Positions 43,589 to 54,507 of a stretch of 64,000 nucleotides of DNA are shown here, one piece after another. A program made the position numbers and the translations under genes. The first letter of the stretch is position 1, and each line of letters begins with the position of its first letter. The notes beneath the pieces were generated by a model, which ran no database searches, was not told the DNA's origin, and saw only the letters and a list, made by a program, of their open reading frames with translations. Source of the DNA: Halorussus marinus (GTDB taxonomy: Archaea; Halobacteriota; Halobacteria; Halobacteriales; Haladaptataceae). The stretch is taken from NCBI RefSeq assembly GCF_004765795.1, contig NZ_SBIV01000001.1, forward strand, positions 1 through 64,000, in the 5' to 3' direction.

Positions 43589-45001
43589 TCAGTCGTCGGC
43601 GTCCGGAACGGCGTCGACTCCGCCTCGAACGTGCTCGCCGACGTTCTCTCGGAGGTCGGCTTCGATCGCCTCCAGCGACCGCCCCTTCGTCTCGGGGACG
43701 AAGTAGTAGGTGAACGCCAGCGCGGCGGCGCTGAACCCGCCGAACAGCCAGAACGTCACGGAGGTGCCGACGTTCGCCGTCAGAATCGGGAAGGTCAGCG
43801 ACACCGCGAGGTTCGCCCCCCAGTTGGCGACCGTCACCAGCCCCATGGCGGTCCCGCGGGCTTCGAGCGGGTAGATCTCGGAGATGAGTAGCCAGAACAC
43901 CGGCCCGAGCCCGATCGCGAAGAAGGCGACGTACAGCATCAGGCTCCCGGTGGCGAACCAGCCGAGCGCGCCCGAGAACCCCGGCAGGTAGAACACGCCC
44001 CCGAGGATCGCGAGCGTGACGACCATCCCCGAGACGCCGACCAGCAGGAGCGCGCGGCGCCCGACCCGGTCGATGACCGCGATGGCGACCACGGTCATGA
44101 GGACGTTGATGAGCCCGATGCCGACCGTCGCGAGGATCGAGGTCGTGCTCCCGAAGCCGGTCGATTCGAGCACGGTCGGCGCGTAGTACATCACCGCGTT
44201 GATGCCGGTGACCTGCTGGAACACCGCCAGCCCGAGTCCCACGATCAGCGCGGGCCGGAGCCACGGCGCGAGCAGGTCCCCGAGCCCGGCGGCCGACTGC
44301 TCGGCGACCGTCTCCTCGATCCCGGTGAGCTCCTCGTCGACGCCGCCCTGCCGGGTGCGTTCGAGGACCTCGCGGGCCTCCTCGCGGCGGCCCCGCTCGA
44401 ACAGCCACCGCGGGCTCTCGGGCATCTTGAGCATGCCGATCGCGAGAACGACCGCCGGCACCGTCCCCGCGCCGAGCATGAGCCGCCACGCGCCCGCGTC
44501 CGCGAACGCGTAGTTCACGAAGTACGAGACGAGGATGCCCACCGTCACCATGAGCTGATTGAGCGAGGTGAGCGCCCCGCGGATCTTCGGCGGCGCGATC
44601 TCGGAGATGTACAGCGGCCCGACGATCGAGGCGAACCCGATCGCCACGCCGTCGATCAGCCGCCCGGCGACCAGCACGGGGACGTTCGGGGCGACCGCCA
44701 TCGTGAACGACCCGACGAAAAAGACCCCCGCGCCGAGCAGGATGAGCCGCCGCCGGCCGATCTCGTCGGCCAGCTTCCCGCCGAGCGCCGCCCCCGCCGC
44801 GGCGCCCGCCATCGCCCCGCTGACGACGATCCCCCGGACGAGCGGCGACATCTCGAACGTCTGTTTGATGTAGAGGAACGCTCCCGAGATGATTCCGGTG
44901 TCGAACCCGAACAACAGCCCGTTGAGGGCGGCGAGCGCGGCCGTCACGTACACGAACCGATCGCGACCGCGGATGCTACCCCCAGTATCGATTGTGGACA
45001 T
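43589..45001 (-). CDS. Sugar porter family MFS transporter
   Basis: LFGFDTG, D.IGRR, YISEIAP..IRG, PESPRW, QQVTGINAVMYY, PETKG. Confidence 0.93.
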   Translation of the reverse strand: MSTIDTGGSIRGRDRFVYVTAALAALNGLLFGFDTGIISGAFLYIKQTFEMSPLVRGIVVSGAMAGAAAGAALGGKLADEIGRRRLILLGAGVFFVGSFTMAVAPNVPVLVAGRLIDGVAIGFASIVGPLYISEIAPPKIRGALTSLNQLMVTVGILVSYFVNYAFADAGAWRLMLGAGTVPAVVLAIGMLKMPESPRWLFERGRREEAREVLERTRQGGVDEELTGIEETVAEQSAAGLGDLLAPWLRPALIVGLGLAVFQQVTGINAVMYYAPTVLESTGFGSTTSILATVGIGLINVLMTVVAIAVIDRVGRRALLLVGVSGMVVTLAILGGVFYLPGFSGALGWFATGSLMLYVAFFAIGLGPVFWLLISEIYPLEARGTAMGLVTVANWGANLAVSLTFPILTANVGTSVTFWLFGGFSAAALAFTYYFVPETKGRSLEAIEADLRENVGEHVRGGVDAVPDADD

Positions 45002-45162
45002 AACGCTCTAATCCGGTCGGTTTCCCGCGGTCGGTAAGGAACCTTTTGCATTCTTACTACGATGGTAGTAAATAGTTAATCGTTATGAAATCCCGGCGGC
45101 GATCGCGCGACGTCGGGACGGGCGGGACGGAGTTCGGGCGTCGAAAACAGCGTGGGCCGAAC

Positions 45163-46305
45163 TTACAGCAGGTCGGCGTCGACGAGTCGGTCGACGGCCT
45201 CGCCGATGCGTTCTTTGCTGTTGGCGTACGAGATGCGTGCGTAGCCGGGCGCTCCGAACGCGCTCCCCGGAACGGTGGCGACGTGGGCGTCTTCCAGAGC
45301 CGACTCACACCACTGCTGGTCGTCCTCGTCGACAGGGATCATGAGGTAGAACGCGCCGTCTGGCTCGGGGGCCCCGACCCCTTCCTCGTCGAGGCGGTCG
45401 AGCAGGAACGTCCGGCGCTCGGCGAACGCCTCGACCATCTCGTCGACGGCGTCGTCGGTGTTTTCGAGGGCCTCGACGCCCGCCCGCTGGACGAAGTTGG
45501 TCGCACAGGACACCGAGTGCGAGTGGAGCTTGCCGGCCTCCGAGACGAGCTCCTCGGGGCCCGCGACGTAGCCGAGCCGCCAGCCGGTCATCGAGTAGGC
45601 CTTCGAGAAGCCGTTGACCGTGACGGTCCGGTCGGCCATCCCGTCGAACGTGCCGAGGCTGGTCGGCTCCTCGCCGTAGGTGATCTCGGCGTAGATCTCG
45701 TCGCTGAGGACGGTCACGTCGTTGTCGACCGCGAGGTCGGCGACCCCTTCGAGGGCGGCGTCGGAGTAAACCGCGCCCGTGGGGTTGTTCGGGGAGTTGA
45801 CCACGAGCAGTTCGGTGTCCTCGGAGATCGCGCCCGCCAGCTCGTCCAGCGCGGGCTCGAGCTGGAAGTCGTGGGGCGCGAGGTCGACCCGGTTCAGCTC
45901 TCCGCCCGCGAGCTTCACCATCGCCTCGTAGGAGACCCACGCCGGGTCGAGCAGGACGACCTCGTCGCCGTCGTCGACGAGCGTCTGCATCGTCTCGTAG
46001 AGCGCCTGCTTCGCGCCGGGGGTGACGATGACGTTCTCGGGGCCGTGATCGAGGCCGTCCTCCCGGAGCTTCGCCGCGATCGCCTCCCGAAGCTCGGGGA
46101 TGCCGTTCGAGGAGGTGTAGCCCGTGTGGCCCGCGTCCATCGCCGCCTTCCCGGCGTCGACGACGTTCTCGGGCGTCGGGAAGTCGGGCTCGCCCACGCT
46201 CAGGTCGACGACGTCCGCGCCGTCGGCCTCCAGCTCGGCCGCGAGGTTGCTGATCGCGAGCGTCGCGCTCGGTTCGACCCGCCGGATGCGTTCGCTGAAG
46301 TTCAT
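45163..46305 (-). CDS. aspC: PLP-dependent aspartate aminotransferase (class I)
   Basis: GEPDF, NSPNNPTG, SDEIY, NGFSKAYSMTGWRLG. Confidence 0.9.
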   Translation of the reverse strand: MNFSERIRRVEPSATLAISNLAAELEADGADVVDLSVGEPDFPTPENVVDAGKAAMDAGHTGYTSSNGIPELREAIAAKLREDGLDHGPENVIVTPGAKQALYETMQTLVDDGDEVVLLDPAWVSYEAMVKLAGGELNRVDLAPHDFQLEPALDELAGAISEDTELLVVNSPNNPTGAVYSDAALEGVADLAVDNDVTVLSDEIYAEITYGEEPTSLGTFDGMADRTVTVNGFSKAYSMTGWRLGYVAGPEELVSEAGKLHSHSVSCATNFVQRAGVEALENTDDAVDEMVEAFAERRTFLLDRLDEEGVGAPEPDGAFYLMIPVDEDDQQWCESALEDAHVATVPGSAFGAPGYARISYANSKERIGEAVDRLVDADLL

Positions 46306-46703
46306 AGCGCTTGTACCATCTCGACCGCGGCGTTTACCGCTTCCGCTCCCTTGTCGACGCGCTCGCGGGCCTCCGCGCCCGACATCCCGGGACCGCTGAC
46401 GCCGAAGGCGACCGGGGTGTCCCGATCGAGGCTCACGTCGGTCAGCCCCTGGGCGGCGGCGTCGGCGATGACCCGATCGTGGTCGGTGTCTCCGGTCACG
46501 ATCGTGCCCACGACCGCCACGGCGTCGATCTCTTCTTGGCGGGCGAGTCGGTCGGCGGCCAGCGGCGAGTCGTACGCGCCGGGCACGCGGAGGGTCTCGA
46601 CGATCTCCGCACCCCGGTCGGCGGCCGCCTCGCGGGCGCGCTCCTCCATCTGCTCGGTCACCTCGCGGTTGAACCGCGAGACGACGAGGCCGAGTGCAGT
46701 CAT
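46302..46703 (-). CDS. ribH: 6,7-dimethyl-8-ribityllumazine synthase
   Basis: VSRFN, VPGAYDSPL, GDTDHD, PVAFGVSGPG. Confidence 0.92.
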   Translation of the reverse strand: MTALGLVVSRFNREVTEQMEERAREAAADRGAEIVETLRVPGAYDSPLAADRLARQEEIDAVAVVGTIVTGDTDHDRVIADAAAQGLTDVSLDRDTPVAFGVSGPGMSGAEARERVDKGAEAVNAAVEMVQAL

Positions 46704-46783
46704 ACCGCAAGGGTGGCTTGGGCGAGTGAAAGAACTACCGCTCTCCGGAAAACTTGTGTGCGCCCGGATAGTTCCCGGGAACG

Positions 46784-48565
46784 ATGGGAACCGACGAGCC
46801 GACGGCGGACGCGGGTCGGGTCGCCGACGACCGCCTGTCGGGGCTCTTTCGCGACGCCCGGACGCGGACGGCGGCCGCGATTCTCGCGGTGGTGGTGCTG
46901 GCGCTCTCGATCAGGCTGTTCGGGCTCGGAGCGCGGGTGTTCCACTGGGACGAGGGGCGGGTCGGCTACTGGATCCTGCGGTACGCCGAGACCGGCGTCT
47001 GGGAGTACCGCGCGGTCATCCACGGCCCCTTCTTCTACCACGTCAACAAGTACCTCTTCGGGCTGTTCGGCGCGAGCGACTTTCTGGCGCGAGTCCCGGT
47101 CGCGGTCGTCTCGGGGCTCCTCCCGGCGTCGGCGTGGCTGTTCCGCGAGCGACTGAACCGCGTCGAGGTGGTCGCGCTCGGAGTGCTGTTCGCGCTCGAT
47201 CCGATCGTGCTCTACTACTCGCGGTTCATGCGCAACGACGTGTTGCTGGCGGCGTTCATGCTCCACGCGCTGGCGTTCTACGTCCGACTGTTCGACACCC
47301 GACGGCCGCGATACCTCTATCTCGGGACGCTGTTGGTCGCGCTGGCGTTCACCACCAAAGAGAACGTGCTGGTGTACGCGGTGACGTGGCTCGGCGCGGC
47401 GGCGCTGTTGGTCGATCACCGGCTGGTCCTCGCGGCGGACGCCGACGACCGAAAGGAGTACGTCGTGTCGTCGCTCCGGTCGCTCCGATCGGGCGGCTGG
47501 CTCGTCCACGCCGGCCTCGCGATCGGCCTCTTTTTCGCGGTCGTGATCTTCTTTTACGCGCCGCGGGCGCGCACAACCCCGGACCCCGGCCTCTGGAAAG
47601 CGTTCGCGAATCCCGGCATGTTCCCGGCGGTGATCGAGGAGGCGACCGTCGGCTCGTGGGAGAAGTTCCTCGGCAAGTGGGGCGAGGGCAACCAGACGGC
47701 GTACCTCGACACCTTCGAGGCGCTCGGGCGGGTCCTCTGGGAAGGCGGGGCGCTCACGCTCGCGCTCGCGGCCGCCGGCTTCCTGTTCGATCGGTACCGG
47801 CGCGACCGACCCCGCGACCTCGTCGCGTTCACGTTCTACTGGGGGGCCGTGACGGTGGTCGGCTACCCCGTCATCGTGGAGAACCCGTTCCCGTGGGAGG
47901 TCGTCCACGCCGTCGTGCCGCTGGCGGTCCCCGCCGCGGTCGCGCTTGGCGCGCTGGTGACGCTGGCGGCGAACGCGAGTGCGGACGGCGACGGACTCAG
48001 CGCCGCCCTCGCGGTCTTGCTGGTCCTCGTCGTCGTGGGCCAGACCGCGACAACGGCGGTCGCCGCGTCGTTCGTCCACCCGCAGGACCGGTATCTGGAC
48101 GACGCCGAGACGCCCAACCGACTCGTCCAGTACGGTCAGCCCGCGGAGGGACTCCGACCCACCCTGGAGACGATAGAACGCGTGATCGCCGCGAACGACG
48201 GCACCGACGTGCTCTGGTACGGGTCGGACTTCTACGTGGCCGACGAGTCCGAAAACGACGACTGGGCCGCGGGCGGCGGGTGGTACGACCGGTTGCCGAT
48301 CCCGTGGTACACCGAACTCTACGGCGCAGACGTCGACAGCACCGTCGAGCGCGAGGCGGTGGGCGCGGACCCGCCGCCGATCGTGATCGCGCGCGCCGCC
48401 GATCGGGAACAAGTCGGCGAGGCGCTCGACGGCTATCGCGCGTTCGAACACGAACTGACGATCTACGGGAGCGAGACCGTCTTCTTCGTCGATGCGTCGT
48501 CGCTCGACGACGGAGCGTCGGCGGCCGGCTCGCGCGGTAGCCCCGACACGGACGCGCGGATGTAA
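46784..48565 (+). CDS. Agl23-like GT-C membrane protein (TIGR03663-like)
   Basis: HWDEGRV, YRAVIHGP, YYSRFMRND, TTKEN, PWEVVH, DRLPIPWY. Confidence 0.78.
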   Translation: MGTDEPTADAGRVADDRLSGLFRDARTRTAAAILAVVVLALSIRLFGLGARVFHWDEGRVGYWILRYAETGVWEYRAVIHGPFFYHVNKYLFGLFGASDFLARVPVAVVSGLLPASAWLFRERLNRVEVVALGVLFALDPIVLYYSRFMRNDVLLAAFMLHALAFYVRLFDTRRPRYLYLGTLLVALAFTTKENVLVYAVTWLGAAALLVDHRLVLAADADDRKEYVVSSLRSLRSGGWLVHAGLAIGLFFAVVIFFYAPRARTTPDPGLWKAFANPGMFPAVIEEATVGSWEKFLGKWGEGNQTAYLDTFEALGRVLWEGGALTLALAAAGFLFDRYRRDRPRDLVAFTFYWGAVTVVGYPVIVENPFPWEVVHAVVPLAVPAAVALGALVTLAANASADGDGLSAALAVLLVLVVVGQTATTAVAASFVHPQDRYLDDAETPNRLVQYGQPAEGLRPTLETIERVIAANDGTDVLWYGSDFYVADESENDDWAAGGGWYDRLPIPWYTELYGADVDSTVEREAVGADPPPIVIARAADREQVGEALDGYRAFEHELTIYGSETVFFVDASSLDDGASAAGSRGSPDTDARM

Positions 48566-48634
48566 CCACGTTCGTGTATATCGAGCACCGCGGTTGGGAA
48601 ATTTTATGCAGGTGCGCCCATAACCTCGGCGTAG

Positions 48635-49786
48635 ATGAACGACACGGAGACGCTCGGCGTCGTCGGGGGCGGTCAGCTCGGGCGGATGCTCGCGGAGGCG
48701 GCCGCGCCGCTCGGCATCGAGGTGGTCGTCCTCGACCCGACGCCGGACTGCCCGGCATCGCCGGTCGCCCGCGATCAGATCGTCGGCGACTTCGACGACG
48801 AGGACGGCGTCCGCGAACTCGCCTCGCGGGCGGACTACCTCACGTTCGAGATCGAACTGGCGGATCCCGACCTGCTCGAAGCCGCCGCCTCGGAGTTCGA
48901 CGTGCCGGTCCATCCGGACCCGGCGACGCTCCGGACGATTCAGGACAAACTGGTCCAGAAAGAGCGCCTGCGCGAGGCCGGGGTTCCGGTCCCGGAGTTC
49001 CGGCGCGTCGACGACCGGGCGGACCTCGAAGCCGCGGCCGCGGAGTTCGGCTACCCCCTGATGCTCAAGGCCCGCGAGGGCGGCTACGACGGCCGGGGCA
49101 ACGTCCCGGTCGAGAGCGAGGCCGACCTCGACGCGCTCGACGAACTGGCCGGACCGGCGATGGCCGAGCGGTTCGTCGACTTCGAGCGAGAGGTCTCGGT
49201 CATCGGGGTCAAAGGCGAGACGGCGACCGCGACGTTCCCGCTCGGCGAGAACTTCCACCGCGAGGAGATCCTGCGCGAGACCGTCGTGCCCGCCCGGACC
49301 GACCCGGCAGTGGCCGACCGCGCCCGCGAAGTGGCCGACGACGTGCTCGACCTGCTCTCGGGCCGGGGCGCCTACGGGATCGAACTCTTCGAGACCGCCG
49401 ACGGCGAGATCCTGCTCAACGAGATCGCGCCCCGCCCGCACAACTCCGGCCACTACACGATCGAAGGCGCGCTCTGTTCGCAGTTCGAGCAACACGCCCG
49501 CGCGGTCACGGGTCGGCCGCTCGGCTCGACCGAACTCCGGAGTCCGATCGCGATGGCGAACCTGCTCGGCGACGGCGACGAGCGCCGGCCCGCCGAGCCC
49601 GCGGGCGAGGAGGCGGCGTTGGCCCACCCCGACGCGAGCCTCCACTGGTACGGCAAGCGCGAGGTGTACCCGCTCCGGAAGATGGGCCATCTCACCGTCG
49701 CGGGCGACGGCGACAGCGACGAGACCGACTTCGACCGCCTGCTCGATGACGCCCGGGAACTGCGGGCGGAGGTGACCTTCGAATGA
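48635..49786 (+). CDS. purK: N5-carboxyaminoimidazole ribonucleotide synthase
   Basis: GGGQLGRM, GYDGRG, NEIAPRPHNSGH, RKMGH. Confidence 0.95.
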   Translation: MNDTETLGVVGGGQLGRMLAEAAAPLGIEVVVLDPTPDCPASPVARDQIVGDFDDEDGVRELASRADYLTFEIELADPDLLEAAASEFDVPVHPDPATLRTIQDKLVQKERLREAGVPVPEFRRVDDRADLEAAAAEFGYPLMLKAREGGYDGRGNVPVESEADLDALDELAGPAMAERFVDFEREVSVIGVKGETATATFPLGENFHREEILRETVVPARTDPAVADRAREVADDVLDLLSGRGAYGIELFETADGEILLNEIAPRPHNSGHYTIEGALCSQFEQHARAVTGRPLGSTELRSPIAMANLLGDGDERRPAEPAGEEAALAHPDASLHWYGKREVYPLRKMGHLTVAGDGDSDETDFDRLLDDARELRAEVTFE

Positions 49787-50400
49787 CCGAGTTACAGGCA
49801 CTCATCGACGATCTCCGAGCCGAGGCACAGCGCGACCGCGACCCCGAGGACACTCCCGAAGTCGGCATCGTCATGGGGAGCGACTCGGACCTCGACATGA
49901 TGGCGGGCGCCTACGAGGCGCTCGAAGAACTCGGGTTCGCGGAGCTGACCGACTACGACGACCCGCCCGAGGCGCGGTTCACGTTCGAGAGCTACGTGGT
50001 GTCGGCCCACCGCACGCCCGGTCTGATGTACGCCTACGCTGAGACCGCGGAGGCCCGCGGCCTCGACGTGATCATCGCCGGCGCGGGCGGGAAGTCTGCG
50101 GACCTGCCGAACATGACCGCGTCGCTGGCCTACCCCCTGCCGGTGGTCGGCGTCCCGGTCCAGGAGAAGTCGGTGCCCTCGGTCATCGGGATGCCGACCG
50201 GCGCGCCCATCGTGGCGGTCGACGCGGGCAAGTCGTTCAACGCCGGGCTGTCGGCGGTCCAAATCCTCGCGCGCGAGCACGACCGGCTCCGGGACGCGCT
50301 CGTCGACTACCACGACGACCTGCAGGCCGGCGTCGCGGACGTCTCCCGGCGGCTCCACGAGCGGGGCATCGATCGGTTCCGCGACGGCGCCAGCGAGTAG
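49783..50400 (+). CDS. purE: N5-CAIR mutase
   Basis: IVMGSDSD, VVSAHRTP, AGAGG, PVVGVP. Confidence 0.95.
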   Translation: MTELQALIDDLRAEAQRDRDPEDTPEVGIVMGSDSDLDMMAGAYEALEELGFAELTDYDDPPEARFTFESYVVSAHRTPGLMYAYAETAEARGLDVIIAGAGGKSADLPNMTASLAYPLPVVGVPVQEKSVPSVIGMPTGAPIVAVDAGKSFNAGLSAVQILAREHDRLRDALVDYHDDLQAGVADVSRRLHERGIDRFRDGASE

Positions 50401-50649
50401 CGCGGCCGATTCGACACGTTTCTGCGAATAAGTCCGACTTACCGGCCCGCACGCCCGCGCCCGGAGGGGGTTCCGCGGCGATCGGTGCGTGCGACTCCGT
50501 CACTATTCACCGAACCGAAACGTCCCGTTTCCCGACAGCAACCGTCAGAGCGATTACGCGTGCTTGAGCCGCCGAAACACGCGAGAACAACAAGAATCAA
50601 CGTTTATAGGGGTGCGCTCGTAACTCCCGGATGGTAGGAGAATATCGGC

Positions 50650-51060
50650 ATGAATCCATGGATAGCTATTGGCGCGTTGGCGCTGGTGGGGCTGTTGATA
50701 CCGCTCGGGATGATGTCGGTGTCCAGCCTGCTCCGGCCCACCGTGCCCGAGAAAGGCAAAACCACCGTGTACGAGAGCGGTGAGATCCCGACGGGTGGCA
50801 CGCGCGTCCGCTTTAACATTCAGTACTACATGGTCGCGCTGCTGTTCCTCGTCTTCGACATCGAGACCCTCCTCATCTTCCCTTGGACGGTCATCTACCG
50901 AGAGGCGGTCTCGATGGACGGCGTCGGGCTCTCAGGTGCGCTGTACCCGATGCTCGCGTTCGTCGGCATCCTCGTCGTCGGCCTCGCGTGGGCGTGGCGG
51001 CAGGGCGCCATCGAATGGGTCCGCAACCCCACCGACTCACAACGGAGCGTGGAGAGATAA
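50650..51060 (+). CDS. nuoA: Complex I-like subunit A
   Basis: YESGE, QYYMVALLFLVFDIE; TTTATA at 50603-50608. Confidence 0.93.
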   Translation: MNPWIAIGALALVGLLIPLGMMSVSSLLRPTVPEKGKTTVYESGEIPTGGTRVRFNIQYYMVALLFLVFDIETLLIFPWTVIYREAVSMDGVGLSGALYPMLAFVGILVVGLAWAWRQGAIEWVRNPTDSQRSVER

Positions 51061-51764
51061 TGAGCAACGAACCACGGGACGCAATCAGCGGTAGCACAGA
51101 CCCACAAACGAAGACCCGCGAGGCCCGAATCGGTCCGGACCTCGACAACCGGTTCAACTCGAAGCTCCGGGAGGCGTTCGGCTCCTCGCCGTTCATCCTC
51201 ACGAAGTTCGACAAGTTCATGAACTGGGTTCGGGGGTCGTCGATGTTCATGCTGCAGTTCGGGATCGCCTGCTGCAGCATCGAGATGATGCACACCTACG
51301 CGGTCAAACACGACCTCGACCGTTTCGGGTCGGGCGTGCCGCGGGCCTCGCCCCGGCAGGCAGACGTGATGATCGTGCCCGGCACGATCGTCTCGAAGTT
51401 CGCGCCGCGGATGAAGCGCGTCTACGACCAGATGCCCGAGCCCAAGTTCGTCGTGAACATGGGTTCGTGTGCCATCTCCGGCGGGCCGTTCCAGGAGGGG
51501 TACAACGTCATCAAGGGCGCCGAGGAGGTCATCCCGGTGGACATCCACGTCCCCGGCTGTCCGCCTCGCCCCGAGGCGCTCGTCTACGGCGTCGTCAAGC
51601 TACAAGAGCGGATCGCCAACGGCGAGAGCAGTCCGGTGACGGTAAAGCCCTACGAGCTCGAGCAGTTCGGCGACCTCGAACAGGACGAGCTCGTCGACAA
51701 GCTCGCGGCGGAGATCGACGAAGAGGACCTCGTGATGCGGTACAACTGGGCTGATTCGCCATGA
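51060..51764 (+). CDS. nuoB: Complex I-like subunit B
   Basis: [28 protein letters not shown]. Confidence 0.95.
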   Translation: MSNEPRDAISGSTDPQTKTREARIGPDLDNRFNSKLREAFGSSPFILTKFDKFMNWVRGSSMFMLQFGIACCSIEMMHTYAVKHDLDRFGSGVPRASPRQADVMIVPGTIVSKFAPRMKRVYDQMPEPKFVVNMGSCAISGGPFQEGYNVIKGAEEVIPVDIHVPGCPPRPEALVYGVVKLQERIANGESSPVTVKPYELEQFGDLEQDELVDKLAAEIDEEDLVMRYNWADSP

Positions 51765-53425
51765 GTCTCCAAGAACGCCAGCCCGTCGGCGTGACCGAAG
51801 ACGGGCTCGATTACGACGCGCTCGCCGACCTGCTCGGCGATCGAGTCATCGGCCGAGAGCACCACCTCAACGCCGAGGGGTTCGTCGTCCGGCCGACGGA
51901 CGTCGAGGAGACGCTCGAACTCCTCCGCGACGAGGCGGGGTTCGACCACCTCTCGTGTCTCACGGCCCAGGAGTACGAGGACCGCTACGAGAGCATCTAT
52001 CACCTCACGAAGTACGACGACCGGACCCAGGAGCTCAGCGTCGTCGTTCCGGCCGATCCGGAGGACCCGGTGAGCGAGTCGGCCGCCGGCGTCTACGAGA
52101 CGGCCAACTGGCACGAGCGTGAGGCCTACGACCTCGTCGGCGTCGATTACGACGACCACCCGGACCTCCGTCGGATCCTGCTCCCCGAGACGTGGCAGGG
52201 CCACCCCCTGGCGAACGACTACCACCAGGACCGGCCCCAGCTCGTCCCGTTCCAAGAGCACAAGAACCCCCTCGAGGACGACCACCACGACGCCGAGTCG
52301 GACACGATGTTCCTCAACATCGGTCCCCACCACCCGGCGACTCACGGCGTGCTCCACCTCAAGACCACCCTCGACGGCGAGCAGGTGGCCGACGTCGACC
52401 CCGACATCGGCTACCTCCACCGGTGTGAGGAGCAGATGGCCCAACAGGGCACCTACCGCCACCAGATCATGCCCTACCCCGACCGGTGGGACTACGCGTC
52501 GGCCGGCCTGCTCAACGAGTGGGCGTACGCGCGCGTGGCGGAGGACCTCAACGACATCGAGGTGCCCGAGTACGCCCAAGTCATCCGGACGATGGGCGCC
52601 GAGCTCTGCCGGATCGCGGCCCACATGCTGGCGGTCGGGACGTTCGCGCTCGACATCTACGGCGACTTCACCGCCATCTTCATGTACGCGATGCGCGACC
52701 GCGAGAAGGTCCAGAACATCCTCGAAGACCTCACGGGCCAGCGGATGATGTTCAACTACTTCCGGCTCGGCGGGGTCGTCTGGGACCTCCCGGAGCCCCG
52801 CGAGGAGTTCTTCGAGCAGACTCGGGACTTCCTCGACGACCTGCCCGAGACCCTCGAGGAGTACCACGACCTCATCACGAACAACGAGATCTTCCAGAAG
52901 CGAGTCATCGACACGGGCGTACTCGACCCCGAGGACGCCAAGTCCTACGGCTGTACCGGGCCGGTCGCCCGGGCGTCGGGCATCGACTACGACCTCCGCC
53001 GGGACGACCCCTACGGCTACTACGACGAGCTCGACTGGGACGTCATCACCGAGAACGGCGGGGACAACTACTCGCGGTTCCTCGTCCGGATGCAGGAGGT
53101 CGAACAGTCCGCCCGGATCATCGAGCAGTGTGTCGACCTGCTCGAAGACTGGCCGGAAGACGAGCGGACGATCCAGTCGAACGTCCCCCGGACGCTGAAA
53201 CCAGAGCCCGACACGGAGACCTACCGGGCGGTCGAGGGCGCGAAGGGCGAACTCGGCATCTACGTCCGGTCGGACGGCACCGACAAGCCCGGCCGGTTCA
53301 AGATCCGGAGCCCGTGTTTCTCGAACCTCTCGGCGCTCGAATCGATGTCGGAGGGCGAGTACGTCCCCGACCTCGTGGCGACGCTGGGTAGCCTCGACGT
53401 GATCCTCGGGGAGGTGGACCGCTGA
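51761..53425 (+). CDS. nuoCD: Complex I-like fused subunit C/D
   Basis: WHEREAYDL, NIGPHHPATHGVL, GYLHR, LGEVDR. Confidence 0.95.
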   Translation: MSLQERQPVGVTEDGLDYDALADLLGDRVIGREHHLNAEGFVVRPTDVEETLELLRDEAGFDHLSCLTAQEYEDRYESIYHLTKYDDRTQELSVVVPADPEDPVSESAAGVYETANWHEREAYDLVGVDYDDHPDLRRILLPETWQGHPLANDYHQDRPQLVPFQEHKNPLEDDHHDAESDTMFLNIGPHHPATHGVLHLKTTLDGEQVADVDPDIGYLHRCEEQMAQQGTYRHQIMPYPDRWDYASAGLLNEWAYARVAEDLNDIEVPEYAQVIRTMGAELCRIAAHMLAVGTFALDIYGDFTAIFMYAMRDREKVQNILEDLTGQRMMFNYFRLGGVVWDLPEPREEFFEQTRDFLDDLPETLEEYHDLITNNEIFQKRVIDTGVLDPEDAKSYGCTGPVARASGIDYDLRRDDPYGYYDELDWDVITENGGDNYSRFLVRMQEVEQSARIIEQCVDLLEDWPEDERTIQSNVPRTLKPEPDTETYRAVEGAKGELGIYVRSDGTDKPGRFKIRSPCFSNLSALESMSEGEYVPDLVATLGSLDVILGEVDR

Positions 53426-54507
53426 TGTTCGCGCCGTTGCAGGCCGAGCCCACCCTGCTCCCGGAGACGATCGGGCGATTCCTCTTCGGCTCCGAGATGG
53501 CGATCTGGCAGGAGATGATCGCCGCGTTCCTCGCGGCGTTCGTCGTCGCGAACGTCATGCTGGCGCAGGCCGGCGTGGCGGGTCCGTGGGCCAAGCGGAA
53601 GATCACCGCGGCGTTCACCGACCGGATCGCGGTCAACCGCCACGGCCCCGCGGGGCTGCTCATCATCCCCGCCGCCGCCGTCCAGCTGATGGCCAAAGAG
53701 CTCATCATCCCCGACGGCGTCGATCGGCCGGCCTACGACCTCGCTCCCATTCTGCTCGCGTTCTCGGCGCTCATCGGTTTCGCGGTGATCCCGATGGGTT
53801 CGATCTTCGGCATCAACCTCCAGATCGCCGACCCCGAGAGCGGAGTCGCGTACGTCTTCGCGGCCGCGTCGATCGCGACGCTCGCGCTCACGATGGCGGG
53901 CTACGCGTCGAACAACAAGTACTCGCTGATGGGCGGACTCCGCGCGATCGCCCAGAACATCGCCTACGAGATCCCGCTCATCGTCACGGGCGCGTCGGTC
54001 ATCATCTTCACCGGTACGCTCCAGACCAGCGAGATCGTCGCCCAGCAGGCCGAGCCGCTGGTGACGATCGCGGGCGTCTCGATCCCGTCGTGGTTCGCGT
54101 TCGTCAACCCGTTCGCGTTCGTGCTGTTCATGGTGGCGAACCTCGCGGAGGTCGGCCGGAACCCGTTCGACATCCCCGAGGCCCCGACCGAGATCGTCGC
54201 GGGGTACATGACCGAGTACTCCAGCATCTACTTCGTCCTGTTCTACATGGGCGAGTTCATCCACATCTTCCTCGGCGGCGCCATCGTCACGACGCTGTTC
54301 CTCGGCGGTCCGTCGGGTCCGGTGTTGCCCGGGTTCGTCTGGTTCGTGATCAAGATCTGGGCGATCTTCCTGTTCACCCAGTGGGCGCGGTCGGCCGTGC
54401 CGCGCGTCCGCATCGACCAGTTGATCGAGATCGGCTGGAAGGGCATGCTCGTCCTTTCGTTCGCCAATCTCATCCTCACGGCCGTCATCGTCGGGGTGAT
54501 GCTCTAA
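53425..54507 (+). CDS. nuoH: Complex I-like subunit H
   Basis: YASNNKYSLMGGLR, RNPFDIPEA, PRVRIDQL. Confidence 0.95.
   Translation: MFAPLQAEPTLLPETIGRFLFGSEMAIWQEMIAAFLAAFVVANVMLAQAGVAGPWAKRKITAAFTDRIAVNRHGPAGLLIIPAAAVQLMAKELIIPDGVDRPAYDLAPILLAFSALIGFAVIPMGSIFGINLQIADPESGVAYVFAAASIATLALTMAGYASNNKYSLMGGLRAIAQNIAYEIPLIVTGASVIIFTGTLQTSEIVAQQAEPLVTIAGVSIPSWFAFVNPFAFVLFMVANLAEVGRNPFDIPEAPTEIVAGYMTEYSSIYFVLFYMGEFIHIFLGGAIVTTLFLGGPSGPVLPGFVWFVIKIWAIFLFTQWARSAVPRVRIDQLIEIGWKGMLVLSFANLILTAVIVGVML

Noticed and set aside
45085..49801. ORFs of 1151 aa (+) and 1033 aa (-)
   Set aside because: Antisense or frame-shifted shadows of aspC, ribH, the Agl23-like gene and purK; no motifs
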